Below, one piece after another: positions 1 through 13,209 of a DNA stretch of 64,000 nucleotides. The translations under genes were made by a program, and so were the position numbers. The stretch is taken from assembly GCA_000004695.1 (NCBI GenBank), contig CM000152.2:3232001-3296000 (forward strand), in the 5' to 3' direction. The notes under the pieces were generated by a model that saw only the letters and a list, made by a program, of their open reading frames with translations, was not told the origin of the DNA and ran no database searches. Origin of the DNA: Dictyostelium discoideum (Eukaryota). Each line of letters begins with the position of its first letter. Positions within the stretch are counted from its first letter, which is position 1.

Positions 1-3000
1 TGAATTACATAATAAACCACTACTAATATTGCAAATGGTATACTAATTAATGGAGTGATATAAATCATCATAAACAATGCCACAACCACAGTTGAACCAC
101 ACTGAAGAACATCTGAGAAATTCTCCATCAATATTAAATCGATATCACTAATATCCTTACTGAATCTATTTAAAATACGACCTGATGGATTGGTATCAAA
201 GAATTGACAACTTGCAAATGCAACTGAATTCAATAATTCCGAATGTAGCTTTTTCGATGCTGCAAATGTAATTGAAGCCATCATAAAATAACGTACCACT
301 AAAAACACAATGAATGCACCAATAAATATACAATAATATAAAATGTAATATTTATCATCATGTTGATTGGTTTCATCATTGGTCCAAATGGTTAACCAAA
401 AATCTGATAATTGGAAAATGATTTGACTAATGAAATAAAGTGCACAAGTTAAAAAGAATAAATTTAATGATCCATGTCTAAAATATTGTCTATAAACTTC
501 AAAACCAACTTCACCTTCATTTCTATCCTCTTTTACTAATAATTTAGCTTTTTCAATTAAATTTGGATCATTCTTTTCACTAATAATTGTATTAATATCT
601 AATTCTTTTGTTGAATTTAATAATGATGTTGATTTTTTTAATTCTGATGATGATGATGATGTTGAACTTTTTTTATCTGTTGTTGATGTCGATGATTGAT
701 CATTTTCATCAATATTTAATTTCTTTGTTTTCATAATTGATTCAAAATCAATACCTTTTTCTTTTAGTTCACTATAGGTACCTTGAGTTAAAACACCATT
801 ATCAACTACAATTATATGATCAGCGGATGGAATGAATTGAAGTTGATGAGTTACTAGAATACGTGTTTTATCTTTCATCATACCTTGAATACAATGATCG
901 AATAAATGTGATGCAACTTCTGGATCAACGGCTGATAATGGTTCATCTAAAATAAAACAATCTGAATCTGAATATAAAGCACGTGCCAATGAAATACGTT
1001 GCTTTTGACCACCTGAAAGATTAATACCACGTTCACCAATTTCTGTTAAATCTTTTGCTGCCAATTGTAATAAATCTGGTGTTAAACAACATGCATCAAT
1101 AACTTTCTTATAACGTTCCATATTCATTGGTTTTCCAAATAGAATATTATCCCTCAACGATGTACTAAGAAGGAATGGTTGTTGAGTTGTAAATGAAATA
1201 TTATTTGGAATATTAACTGAACCGCTAACTCTATAAATTTCACCAATTAAACCACTAACTAAACTAGTTTTACCACTACCCACAATACCACAAATAACTG
1301 TTAATTTACCTGCTGGTGCAATGAAATTAATATTATTTAAAACATATGAAGATGATGATGGTTGTACTGCACCATCATATTCAATTCCATTATTTGTATC
1401 GTTTGATTTACCAACTTTTTCATCACCCAATATCATTTCATCCATATCATTAATATCACTACTAATTGCAAAACCTCGAACATCATTAATAATCATACCA
1501 CTATCTAAATCGTCTATTTCATTCCAATCAAATGTACCATTATTAATTTTAACATCAAATAATTCATTTGATGATGCTGATGATGCTATTGATGATGTTG
1601 ATGAAACATTATTATTATTATTATTATTATTTCTAATTGATAATTTATTATTTGAATATTGTTCTAAAAATGGTTGATCTTGAATTTCAGGTGATTGTAA
1701 AAAATTTTCAATTCTTTTTGATGACGGTATTAAACTTAATGCTCTGTGAATTGCTTCTGGTAACATCTCTAATGGACGTCTAAGATTAACGAAAATTGTC
1801 ATTGCGGTGAATGCTACCTCCAATGTCATTTGATTACCTGTCAATGCATATGTTGAAAATGTTGCAACTAATACTAATGCAGATGTAACCTGTGTTATCA
1901 TTCTATCTAAAATCCAATAAATTGCACGTCTATATAAATATTTAAGTTGTAAAGTTCTTTGTTCTTCAATTCTATCTAAAAATAATTGTTCCCATGCATA
2001 TAATTTTAAAAATCTAATACCATTTATAAATTCTGATGTTAAATTACATCTAGTATCTGCATATCCTAATGAAATTCTTAAATTCTTTGCAATTTTTGTA
2101 CTTAAAAATGTACATAATGGTATTGATACAACCATCTATAAAAAAAAAAAGATCAATATTAGAAAAGATATATATATTTTTATTTTTATTATTTTTACTT
2201 ACAACACCAAAACCAACTAAACCACTTAATCCAACAATCCAACATAATAATATTAATAATGCTAAAATTTGAAATGGAAATACAAAAATTTCAATATGAT
2301 TATTCCAAAAGAAATCTGAAAAAGTTCCAACATCAACTGAAATAATATTCATAATTGTACCTGAATTATATAGTCTCTTTGCTTGATTACTTAATCTTAA
2401 AGTTTTTTCAAATATTTTTTGAGTGATTGCACCACGAGCATGAAGTGAAGTTTGTAAACCAAACCAATAACCATATTGCTGTGATAATGTCAATGATAAT
2501 GAACTAAGAAATAATAAAACACATAAAAGAAATCCAAATTTAAATGTTTTTTGTGATTCATCTAATTTAATATAATAAATAAAACTAATTTAATTATTAT
2601 TATTATTATTAGTAGTATTAGTAGTATTAGTATTTGAATAAATAAATCTTTTTTTTTTTTTTTTTTTATTTTTTAAAAAATATATTTAAAAAACTTACTA
2701 TTTTAAACATAATGGTGAAAGAATTGATACAATTGCAACAAATATTTTAGTTGCAACTGAAATTTTATTTCTTGAAACAAATTCTTTATAGATTTGTTTA
2801 ATTAATGGATATTTAGAATTATAATCAATAGTATCCAAAAAAGGTGCTGTAATATTAACTTTATTTCTATCAGGTAAATCTGAAACATCTTTCATTTCGA
2901 GTGGACCATTGAAATAACCTGTCATTAACATTCTTTCTGTCCAACCAAATGTAAATCTTTGCCATAATGTTGCATTATCCTCAGGACACGGTTTACTGAA

Positions 3001-3078
3001 ATAATCAGTATTATCATCCTCTGATAATAATGAATATGAAAATCTATTTTTAATTTTTTGTTTTAAATTTTTAATCAT
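1..3078 (-). CDS. ABC transporter, C (MRP/ABCC) family, 3-prime-partial in window (gene continues beyond position 1)
   Basis: Minus-strand exons approx complement(join(<1..2135, 2203..2584, 2699..3078)). Start ATG at 3078 (MIKNLKQKIK...LWQRFTFGW, MRP-type N-terminus). TMD1 follows (ORF 2050..2493). NBD1 has Walker A APAGKLTVICGIVGSGKTSL (~1265-1320) and the ABC signature LSGGQKQRISLARALYSDSD (~960-1020). A poly-N/S linker sits at ~1560-1660. The start of TMD2 is at 1-120 (FSDVLQCGSTVVVALFMMIYITPLISIPF). Donors are GTAAGT at 2197-2202 and 2693-2698; acceptors are ...ttatag and ...aaattag. Confidence 0.85.
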
Positions 3079-3631
3079 TTTTTTTTTTTTTTTTTTTTTT
3101 CCTCTTAAAGGTTCGTCTTTTTTTTTTTTTTTTTTTTTGTTTTTTTTTTTTTATAAAGATTGATCGAAACAAAAAAAAAAAAATTATAATAATTATAATT
3201 AAATAAATATTTATTTTATAAAAAAAAAAAGGTGGTTGTTTTAAAAAAAATTATTTTTATTTTATATTTTTATTTTATAAAAAAAAAAGTGAAAGTGTGG
3301 GTGGTTGTAAGGTATGGTTTTTTTTATATTTTTTATTTTTTTATATTTTTTTTTTTTTTCTGTGAGATTAAAATACTATATATCTAAATGTAAATTTTTT
3401 TTTTTTTTTTATTTTTTGATTTATATTTGTTAATGTTTTTTTTTTTTAATTTATATTTGTATTGCTTTTACTAAAACTGATCCTATAATTAAAGAGTCTT
3501 TTATTGTGTTTAAAAATATGATCTGATGAGACCATTTAATTATATGGAATGCAGGTATGTGTGATATATGGGGAACAAAAACAAAAATGAAAAAAAATAT
3601 TTAATTTCCGTAATTAAAAACACCAGAGAAT

Positions 3632-3681
<50 letters not shown>

Positions 3682-3986
3682 GAGAAAATTAAAATAAAAA
3701 TAAAAAAAAAATAAAATATTTTTTTTACTTTTGTGAAAGGAATGTTCCGACAACATAATGTCATCACCAATCACTTTTTATTTTTATCCAAAATTTTTTT
3801 GACCTTTAACAAATGAAAAATAAATCAAAAAACAAAAAAAACGAGAAATTAATTGATTAAAAAATAAATATAAATAAATAAATTATTTTATTTTATTTTA
3901 TTTTTTTTTTTTTTGGTAAATTTACAAACTTGGGTACTTTTTTTTTTTTATTTTTAATTTTTTTTTTTTTTTTTTTTTATTTAAAT

Positions 3987-4326
3987 TTATTGAATCATAG
4001 ATTTAATTTCATTACCATTAATTAATGCAATTCTACTTATTTGAATTAAATAACATAATGTTTTTTCAATTTCTTCTTTCTTAAATTTACTTTTCAAATG
4101 ATCTATTATATCTTGTACTGTCGTTGTCAATGATTTTGATTTTCTTTCAATTAAGAATTGATTAATAACTTTAGCGACATCCATAATTTCTTTGGTTTTT
4201 TGAATTGGTTGAGTTGGTATAGTTAATGATGGTGGTTTTGATTGTTGTTTAGTTGGTGTATCAGATGTTTTTCTTTTCTTTGTTGTTGCTGTTGGTTTAT
4301 TATTATTTTTAGTTTTATTTTTATTA

Positions 4327-4372
<46 letters not shown>

Positions 4373-6812
4373 TTTGAATATCAAAATCATCATCGTCATC
4401 TTCTTCATTATATTCTTCTTCATTTTCATTTTCATTTTCATTTTCATTTTTATTTTCAAAATCATTTAAATCTGGTTCATTATTATCATCATTATTATCA
4501 TCATCATCATTGTCATTATTACTATTATTATTTTTATTATTTTTATTATTTCTATTATTTTGTTGTGATTTTTCTTTTTCTTTCATATTTGAACCAGATA
4601 AAGCTCTATTCATAATTTCAATTGCTACAATTGTATCATCAACAGTTACATTATGATCTAAACGACATTTTGCATGAGCTTGTGAAAGACGAATCATAGT
4701 TTCCAAAGAACGAGTTGTAATTGGGATTGAATTTGGAGTTTGTTTTGAACGCATTTCAGTATACTTTTCAATGATGTATTCTCTAGCTTCATCGGTTAAT
4801 CTTGGTTTGAATAAAGTTTTGGCATAGAAAATATATTTTTGAATGAATGGAATTGAAACTATATCTGATTTATTCTCGGCACCATGTAAGAGTTTATTAT
4901 ATTTTTGAAATACTGGTGTATCAAGATCAGATGTAGTCTTTACAGTGGAAACATTTTTGAATTCACCACCCAATGTTGAAATTTGTTCAGAACCCAACAT
5001 TGATTCCAATTCTGAACCTTCATCTTTATAACGGTGCATACGTAGGACATGTTCAGCGATCATTCTATCATGATCGGGATTTATACCATCCAATACAATG
5101 AAAAGTAAATCGAAACGAGATAACAATGAATCTGGTAAACCAATATTAGTGTGGGCTTTTAAATCTGGATTATATTTACCATAGATTGGATTTGCTGCGG
5201 CAACCACTGAACAACGTGCGTTCAAAGATGCGTGAATACCAGCTTTTGAGATTGTGACGGTTTGTTGTTCCATAACCTCATGAATTGCAACACGATCATC
5301 TGGACTCATCTTGTCGAATTCATCAATACAAACTATACCACGATCTGCCAAAACCATTGCACCAGCCTCTAAACGACGTTCACCAGTCTCTGAATCTGAT
5401 GTAACGGCAGCTGTTAAACCAACACCTGAAGAACCTCTTCCAGTTGTATTGATAGCCAATGGTGCGATATTTAATATGAAACGGAGTAGTTGGGATTTTG
5501 CGGTTGAGGGATCGCCCACCATCAAAAGATTAATATCACCTCTTAAATGGGTGCCATTTGCAAGATTACGTTCAACCCCACCCAACAGTAATAACAATAA
5601 ACTTCTCTTAATATTATCATGACCACAAATGGATGGTGCTAAACTAGTTGCTATCAAATCGAAACAATTGTCATACTTTGAAAAGTTTTTAATATTTGTT
5701 ACATCTTGTTCCGATAATGAAGGTCCACTAACTTCTTTACTTAACAATGAAATCCTATTACAAATTAAAATGGGTCTAAACTTGGTGGTCTTCAATTCGG
5801 GTGCACTCATTGGTATTGCACGATAAACACCATACACTTGTACTCTATCACCTGGTTTCACTGTATCCACTAAATCATTATCCAATAGAATATCGACTGA
5901 ACGTGGTAATTGACCTGCTGGTGCTCTCTCTGGCATCTCTTGAATTGATACCATTTGACTATCCTTATACTCACACATACCATATTCAGTTATCAATGGA
6001 TTACCTTGATCATCTCTAGTTGGATATTGTGATGTCGTTGGTATACCACTATCAGATGTTGCATCTTCATAAGTTCTACTTGTAGTTCTTTTAGTTTTTT
6101 CACAATAATGTACACTTTTTAAAACTTTTGGTCTAACCAATGAACCTTTTTTTTTTTTTTTTTTATTATTAATTAATATTAATAGATCATCATATATTAT
6201 TAATACTATAAACTTACATTTTGTAACAATTCCTTCAACACAAACTAATCTTGTAATTAATGATGCATTTAAACCTCTTGGTGTAACATGATGACTACCA
6301 AAATTACCTTCAAACCCTATGAAAACTTGTTGATTCATTGTATCTTTTATTTGTTTTTTTAAATCTTCATCAACCTCATCTGGATCCATATCCAACATCT
6401 TTTCAAACATTTGTCTCTTTAAATTCTTTATTTTAGTTGTTAATACATTTTGAAATAATCCAATATAATTTAATGGCTTTTTTAAAAATCTTTTTTTTTT
6501 TTTTTTCAGTTTATTAATAAAAATTAAAATAGTGTTATTTATATAATGAATATTAGAATATTTGTATGTTTATATAATAGATATTTAATAGTGGGAAAAT
6601 AAATAAATAAATATATATATATATATAAAACAAACTTACCTTTGTGCTAAATCAGGTGATACTGATCTTAATGTATCTATTTTAATTACAAGTCTTTTAC
6701 TATTATTTTCTATAAATTCTTCTAGTAAACCCCTATACCCAGACCTATCATCATCGATAAAATCAGAGAAATCTCTCTCCATAATGATTGCCTCATCGTT
6801 ATTTGCCATCAT
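3987..6812 (-). CDS. mcm3: DNA replication licensing factor MCM3
   Basis: complement(join(3987..6145, 6218..6489, 6640..6812)), about 867 aa. The 807-aa ORF 3987..6410 carries the MCM box [47 protein letters not shown] and Walker [12 protein letters not shown]. The MCM3-specific N-terminus matches human MCM3 almost colinearly ([10 protein letters not shown]|SLVRPKV..., [18 protein letters not shown]). A 72-nt in-frame intron (6146..6217, gtaagt...aag) is read through by the ORF track as [24 protein letters not shown]. Exon 1 ([21 protein letters not shown]...DLAQ) ends at a GTAAGT donor at 6634-6639, and the acceptor at 6490 restores the frame as ...[17 protein letters not shown]. An acidic/N-rich C-terminal insert spans ~4230-4560. 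Confidence 0.9.
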
Positions 6813-7010
6813 TTTTTTCTTTTTTTTTTTTAATATAAATATATTTATTTATAGGTTATAAGATTGATACTCTCCTTCTCTTAATCTATATTAAATATAT
6901 ATATATATATATATATATATTTTTTTTATATTGGATAATTTTTTTATTTGTTTACTGAAGAAAAAAAAAAAAAAAAAATAAAAAAAAAAAAAATAAAAAA
7001 AAAGTTTTCA

Positions 7011-7025
7011 TTTTGCGCGCGAAAA
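7011..7025. promoter_or_regulatory. Putative E2F-type site (TTTTGCGCGCGAAAA; reverse strand reads TTTCGCGC) about 200 bp upstream of the mcm3 start
   Basis: The only GC hexamer in about 1 kb of >90% AT promoter DNA. It matches the E2F consensus TTTSSCGC exactly on the strand of the downstream MCM gene. A second E2F-like TTTTGGCGGCGATC lies at 7551-7564. Confidence 0.35.
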
Positions 7026-8052
7026 AAAAAAAAAATCGCTTAAAAAAAAAATTTTCTTGAAAAGTTAATTACTTTTTTTTATGGTAATATTTATCATTAA
7101 TTAAAATAAAAACAAAACAAATCAAAAAAAATAAAAAAAAATAAAAAAAAATAAATTAAAATAGAAAATATCCAATTTTGGATAAAATAAAAATAAAAAA
7201 TAATAGAAAAAAATGATAGAAAAAGAGAAAATAAATATAGACTGAACCAAACATATTACTTTATAAGAATAATGGTTGCTAAATCATCATAATTTTATTT
7301 TTTTTTTTATTTTTTTTTTTTTTAATTATTTTTTATTTTAAATACTTATTTTTTTTTTTTTTTTATATTTTTTTATTATATTTTTTTAAAAAAAAAAAAA
7401 AATTGTAGATAAAAAGAACAGATTGACTGTGATCTATTGTGGTAAACATTAATAATTTGTCATAGGGTATGTGTTTGTGTGGAATAAATTAATGAAGAAG
7501 AATAAAAAAAGATTTTTTTTTTTTTTTTATTTTCCAACCTTTCACTTTGCTTTTGGCGGCGATCAAAATTTTTTTTTATTTTTAATTTTTATAAAATTTT
7601 TTTTTTTTTTTTTTTTTGTTGAAGATATTATAAAAATGACGTGACAATAGATATTAATATTTTTTAATTTCTACAGAAAAACAATTTTTTTGGGTATTTC
7701 CTTTTTTTTTCCTCAACTTTAAATTTTTTTATCATTTTTTTTTTTTTTTTTATCATTTTAATTTTTTTTATTTTTTTTTTTATTTACATTCTAAATTTTA
7801 TAAAATAATTGTTTTTTTTTTTTTTTTACAACATTCTTTTTTTAAAAAAAAATATAAAAATTGGTCACCACTCACAAGACCCTTTTCATTTAAAATAAAT
7901 TATTTCAATAACATTTCTTACCGAATCATTTAAACAATATATAATGTAAATTTGTTTTCAAATATATTTATTATTTGTTTAAAAAAAAAAAAAAAAAAAA
8001 AAAAAATTAAAAATAAATAAATAAATAAAAATAAAAAATAAAAAATAAAAAA

Positions 8053-8107
<55 letters not shown>

Positions 8108-8108
8108 A

Positions 8109-8109
8109 A

Positions 8110-8173
<64 letters not shown>

Positions 8174-8487
8174 TAATAACAATAATAGTTATGATAGTAA
8201 TCATTCATCATCATCATATACAAGCGAAAATCAAAATAGAGAACAACAATTTGTTTTCATTCCAGAAGAAGAATTAGAAAGACAATCTCTTTTAAAGAAA
8301 AAAGATAACTTATCATATAGTATAAATAAAGATGAAATTATAATAATAAATAACGAAGACGAAAATGATCAAAATCAAACTAAAGATAGTACAAATCCAA
8401 TAGTGTTAAGAGCAAAAAAAGTTGTGGATAGTTTTTTTTGTAAAATCATTTTAGTATTTATATGTTTGGTAAGTTAATCTTGGGGAG

Positions 8488-8524
<37 letters not shown>

Positions 8525-8645
8525 ATATAAATCAATTACTAATACTTTTTTTTTTTTTTTTTGTATCTTAAAATAATAGGTTGCAATTTATTCATTAGTT
8601 GTCATTAAATGTGATGGCTTCCATTTTAATCATTGTTCGCCTTAA
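8109..8645 (+). CDS. Small N-rich protein with a C-terminal hydrophobic segment (hypothetical)
   Basis: join(8109..8468, 8580..8645). ORF 8109..8477 (MNNNN...EEELERQSLLKKKDNLSYSINKDE...VVDSFFCKIILVFICL) ends exactly at a GTAAGT donor (8469). The acceptor aataatag at 8578-8579 continues in phase 0 as VAIYSLVVIKCDGFHFNHCSP*. An (AAAT)n tract (8048-8107) abuts the start codon. Confidence 0.45.
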
Positions 8646-9081
8646 AGGAAAAAAAAAAAATCAGCAAAATTTGGTCATCGTTTTTTTAGTGGGGGTAATA
8701 AATAAAAAAAAAAAAAAAAATTGTTATTTTTGTGTTAAAAATAATAATAATCATTAATAGTTTAAAATAAACCTTTGAGATTTTCTTTCCAATATTATTT
8801 ATTTTTTATTTTTAATTTTATTTCGTCACATAAAATCTGAATTTTTTTTTTTTTGTTTTCTTTAAAGAGTTTTTTGTGGGGCTAAAATTATATTTTTTTT
8901 TTATTTTGGCACAAAAAAAACAATAAAAAAAAAAACTTTATCTAAATACAATCAAAATTTTTATTTTTAATTCTTTTTTTTTTTTTTTTTTTTTTAATTT
9001 TTTTTATTTTTTAATATTTTTTTTTTATTTTTTTTTATTTTTTTTTTTTAAAAAAAACCACAAAAAAAATAAATAAAAAAA

Positions 9082-9112
<31 letters not shown>

Positions 9113-9212
9113 TAATTTAAACAACAGTTGTATTTTCAGACCACAATCACTCCGTTGTAAATAAGCTTTTATTTTATTGACACCAATAAAGTTTAAAAAA
9201 AAAAAAAAAAAA

Positions 9213-9329
9213 ATGTTGACAAACGAGGATTTGGAACTCCTCAACAACATGAACACGGGGTCAACAAATATTACCAGTGTAAATAACAGTAAAAATATTA
9301 CCAGTAAAAATAATAATAACAACAACAAT

Positions 9330-9362
<33 letters not shown>

Positions 9363-10041
9363 AATAACAATATTAAAAACAATAATAAAAATAATATACT
9401 ATATCGACAATTCCCAATGAATAGTGGTAGTGGTGAGTACCCAAAAAAAAGAAATTTAAAAAGTAACCCAATGTCATATGATGACTATGATGATGAAGAA
9501 GATCCAATTGAATTAGAATTAAAAAAGAAAATGTTAACAATGTTAAATCAAAATTCAATACCTCAACAACACCATAATAATGAACACTATAATGATAATA
9601 CATTTTCAGATCAAGATGTAGTATTTAGTGATAGCGATGGTGGTGGTGGTAATAACAATAATAGTTATTATAGTCGTGGTAGTGGAAGTGGTCATAGTGA
9701 TAATATAACTGAACTATATAGTAATTTTAATAATGATCAAATTTATAATCAAACTTTACAACAATATAATAATAAAAGTTTATTAGCAAAACAACATAAT
9801 AGATCAATCTCTGTAAATAATAATCAACAACAACAAAATCAAAATCAAAATCAAAATCAAAATCAAAATCAAAATCAAAATCAAAATCAAAAATCATTTT
9901 TAAATACAAGTAATCCTGGTATATCGTTACCATTTGGTAGTCCAAAATTATCTCATATTTCATCATCAAATAAAGGAGACAATATGAATTTAAATAATAG
10001 CGTAAATAGTACAAATTTATTGAATAGTTATGGTAGTAGTA

Positions 10042-10077
<36 letters not shown>

Positions 10078-11680
10078 GTTATGAAGAATATTTTAATTTA
10101 AATGATAAATATTTAATATGTGAAAGAGATAGAATTAAATCATTAACTAAGGAATATAAATTCGATATTATTCAAGAGAGATTAACAATTAAAGAATATA
10201 AATTATATGCAGTAGAGGAATGGATATTTAAATCGAATCATATGTGGAGTGCGATTTCTTATACTGGTAATCCTGATGATAAGGTATTGGTGACATCAAT
10301 TAGACCAACTCAACAGTCAAAGGCATTCTTTAACTTGATTTCAAAACCACCCAATTCCACATTCTACTCTATCAACACAAGAGAGGGTCAATTGCTATTG
10401 GCAAACTATGGTGACTCTTCACAATATGGTGGCTTGACATTGATCGATATAGCCGATGGCGATTTCGATCAGCATATATCAGATTTGAAAACTAATTTAT
10501 CTTTGAAAAGATTAGGTTGTACAGGTCCAAAATATCAAATATCTCCAATGAAACTAACCACTAATTGTAGTGATAAGTTTAGAAAATTATCTGGTTTTCC
10601 AAAAATATCAAACAACTATGTTTGTGATTTCGTTAAAGAATTACAAGCTGCTCTATCTCATTTAAATTATTTACCTTTATTAACTAAAATCGATGGTTGT
10701 TATGATCAAAAAACTATAAATGCATTAAAAGCTTTTCAACTTGATACAAATAAGAAGAAATTATTAGAAATTAATAGTAATAGTGGTACCACTACTACTA
10801 CAAATACAAATACAAATACAAATACAACTAGTTCATTATTACCAACAGAAGGATTTTTAGATCAAAATACATTTGATGAATTACAAGAGGAAATTTTGAA
10901 ATTAGCAAATAAATTATATAGTTTAGGTTTTTCACCACCTGATAGTCCAATCAAAAACTATCAAGAATTTAATGTTGTCATTAAACAATTTCAAGAAAAT
11001 TTTAGAATTTGTCCAGATGCTCCTGGTAAAAACATTTTAAATTTTATTGAAAAATTAAATTTAAAAGTACCAATCAATGCAAATAATTTAACAAATTCAA
11101 CAACTGCTACAAATACTTTAAATTCAAATAATACAAGAAATAGAAGTAAATCTGATTCTGCTGATGATAATAATAATAATAATAATTCTTCAACAACTTC
11201 CAATACAACACATAGAGTTAATCATTCAAAACAATCATCTTCAGTTGGTAATAAAATTATAGTTAATCGTAATACTCGTAATGGTTCTAATAATACTACT
11301 AATGCAGCTAGTGGTAATATAATATCAACTGTAAATAATAGTAGAAGTAGTACAAGTGTTAATAATAATAGTAATAATAATAATAGTAATAATAATCAAT
11401 ATGGTAGTTTTGATGATATGGAAAGTTTTAAAAGAGGTCAAGAGAAAACTGATGCTGAAATATTTAGATATTATGATGATGATGACGATGAAGATGAGGA
11501 TGAAGATTATTATGAAGATGTTGAAGAGGATGAATATTATACTCATGATGAATCTTATGATAAAGATGTTAAATCTGATACAACAACCGGTGCTGATGTT
11601 GAAGATGATTCAAAGAGTGAAGGTTCTTCTTATTTCAATAGAAATAAATCATCATCGTCAACTGGTAATTTACCAGGTGT

Positions 11681-11711
<31 letters not shown>

Positions 11712-12547
11712 ACAGCAACAGCAACAAATAATAATACAAAATCATCAACAGATGTAACTACAAAAACTACTACAACCAATACAAATACAAATTCAAATCC
11801 AGCAACAACAACAACAACAGGTAAAAATATATTATCACAAACTCAAAATGATATAAATAATTTAGAAACTATTACAGAAGCAGAAGAAAAGGAAAGATTA
11901 AAACAAACAATTATTAAATTAGAAGGATTGGTAGAGAAACAACAACAACAATATTCAAAATTAAAAGATGATTTTAATCAACTCTATGAAAATTATTTTG
12001 AATTAAAAGAGAAATCTTTGAAATCTATTGCAGTCATTCAAACAAATGAAAAAATGTTTGGTGAAATTAATAATCGTTGGAATAAATTAACAAAAAAAGA
12101 ATTACCAGAGATTGAAGATAAAATTAATACAAATGTTGATATAATTCAGTCCTATTCAAACAAAGTATGTATTTAAATAATTTTAATTTTATTTTTATTT
12201 TTAATTTCTTCTAACCTTTTTTTTTTTTTTTTTTTTTTTAAAAGATGAAAAGATTAGATGATATTGTAACATCAATTCAAAGAAAGAATGATAGAAATAT
12301 ATTTATCTCATTCTTAATGAGTATTGGTTCATTATTGGCAATTATGTTTGCATATTTGTTATTATTTGCCACAAAGATTAAAAGAAATGTTGCTCTTGCT
12401 TTGGATCCAATTATTAATCAAAATAATCATCAAAATGCCAATAAACCTAAAACTTCAACTGATGAGAATATTGAAGATTTTGTAATTAAACAAAAGTTAA
12501 GAATAACTCAAGTTATGGATGATTATGATGATGTAGGAAATAAATAA
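9213..12547 (+). CDS. Large N/Q/T-rich protein with a peptidoglycan-binding-like (PGBD) motif, C-terminal coiled coil and a C-terminal TM anchor on a separate exon (hypothetical)
   Basis: join(9213..12164, 12245..12547). The 999-aa ORF 9177..12176 is opened by TTG in the ORF track; the first ATG, after an 18-A run, is at 9213. The PGBD-like motif is LKRLGCTGPKYQISPMK...IDGCYDQKTINALKAFQLD, with a weaker copy at LGFSPPDSPIKNYQEFNVVIKQFQ. The tail has an acidic block and heptad-like EKERLKQTIIKLEGLVEKQQQQYSKLKDDFNQLYENYFELKEKSLK. The ORF ends SNK|GTATGT (donor 12165). The acceptor ttaaaag|ATG at 12244 joins in phase 0 to MKRLDDIVTSIQRKNDRNIFISFLMSIGSLLAIMFAYLLLFATKIKR... (ORF 12245..12547). Confidence 0.65.
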
Positions 12548-12558
12548 AATAATATATA

Positions 12559-12613
<55 letters not shown>

Positions 12614-13209
12614 GTAAATAGTTTTCAAAAATAAAAAAAGGTATAAAAATAAATAAAAGTAAATAAATAAAAGTAAATAAAAGTGTAATTTAAAGTTAAA
12701 GATATGAATTTGTTTTTTTTTTTTTTTTACCATTAAATTTGTTTCTTTTGTTTTGAATAAAATTGAATTATTGCATAAAGATTACTATTTTGGTTATTGC
12801 AATCCTTTTTTTTTTTCAAAAAAATTTTTGGAATAAGGAACAATCTTTAAAATCTCCAGAATTAACTATTTGGCACTCAGTAACATAACTCCCTTACATT
12901 TTTAAACCATTTGTGAGAATATGGATCATTAAATTTGAAAATAAATATATTTAAAAATGTGTGGTGAAAAATTCTGGGAATGTTGGTGATTTTGAGAAAA
13001 TAAGATTTCTTTTTTTTTTTTTTTTCATCATTTAAAGAAAAAAAAAAAAAAAAATCAAATCTATTTATATAATTAGATTTGAAATCATTTGGAATAATTG
13101 TTTTTTTTTTATGAATTTTATTTTTTTTTTTATTTTTTTTTTATTTTTTTTTTTATTTTTTAATTTTATACTGTATTTTTTTATTAATAAACATCATTTT
13201 TTTAAATTA

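Noticed and set aside
1321-1677. ORF 1321..1677 plus strand, 118 aa
   Set aside because: It is antisense to the ABC-transporter NBD1/linker region, with low complexity and no homology signal.
4223-4469. ORFs 4223..4465 (minus) and 4242..4469 (plus) inside mcm3
   Set aside because: These are out-of-frame or antisense readings of the (AAT)n and acidic-repeat insert of mcm3.
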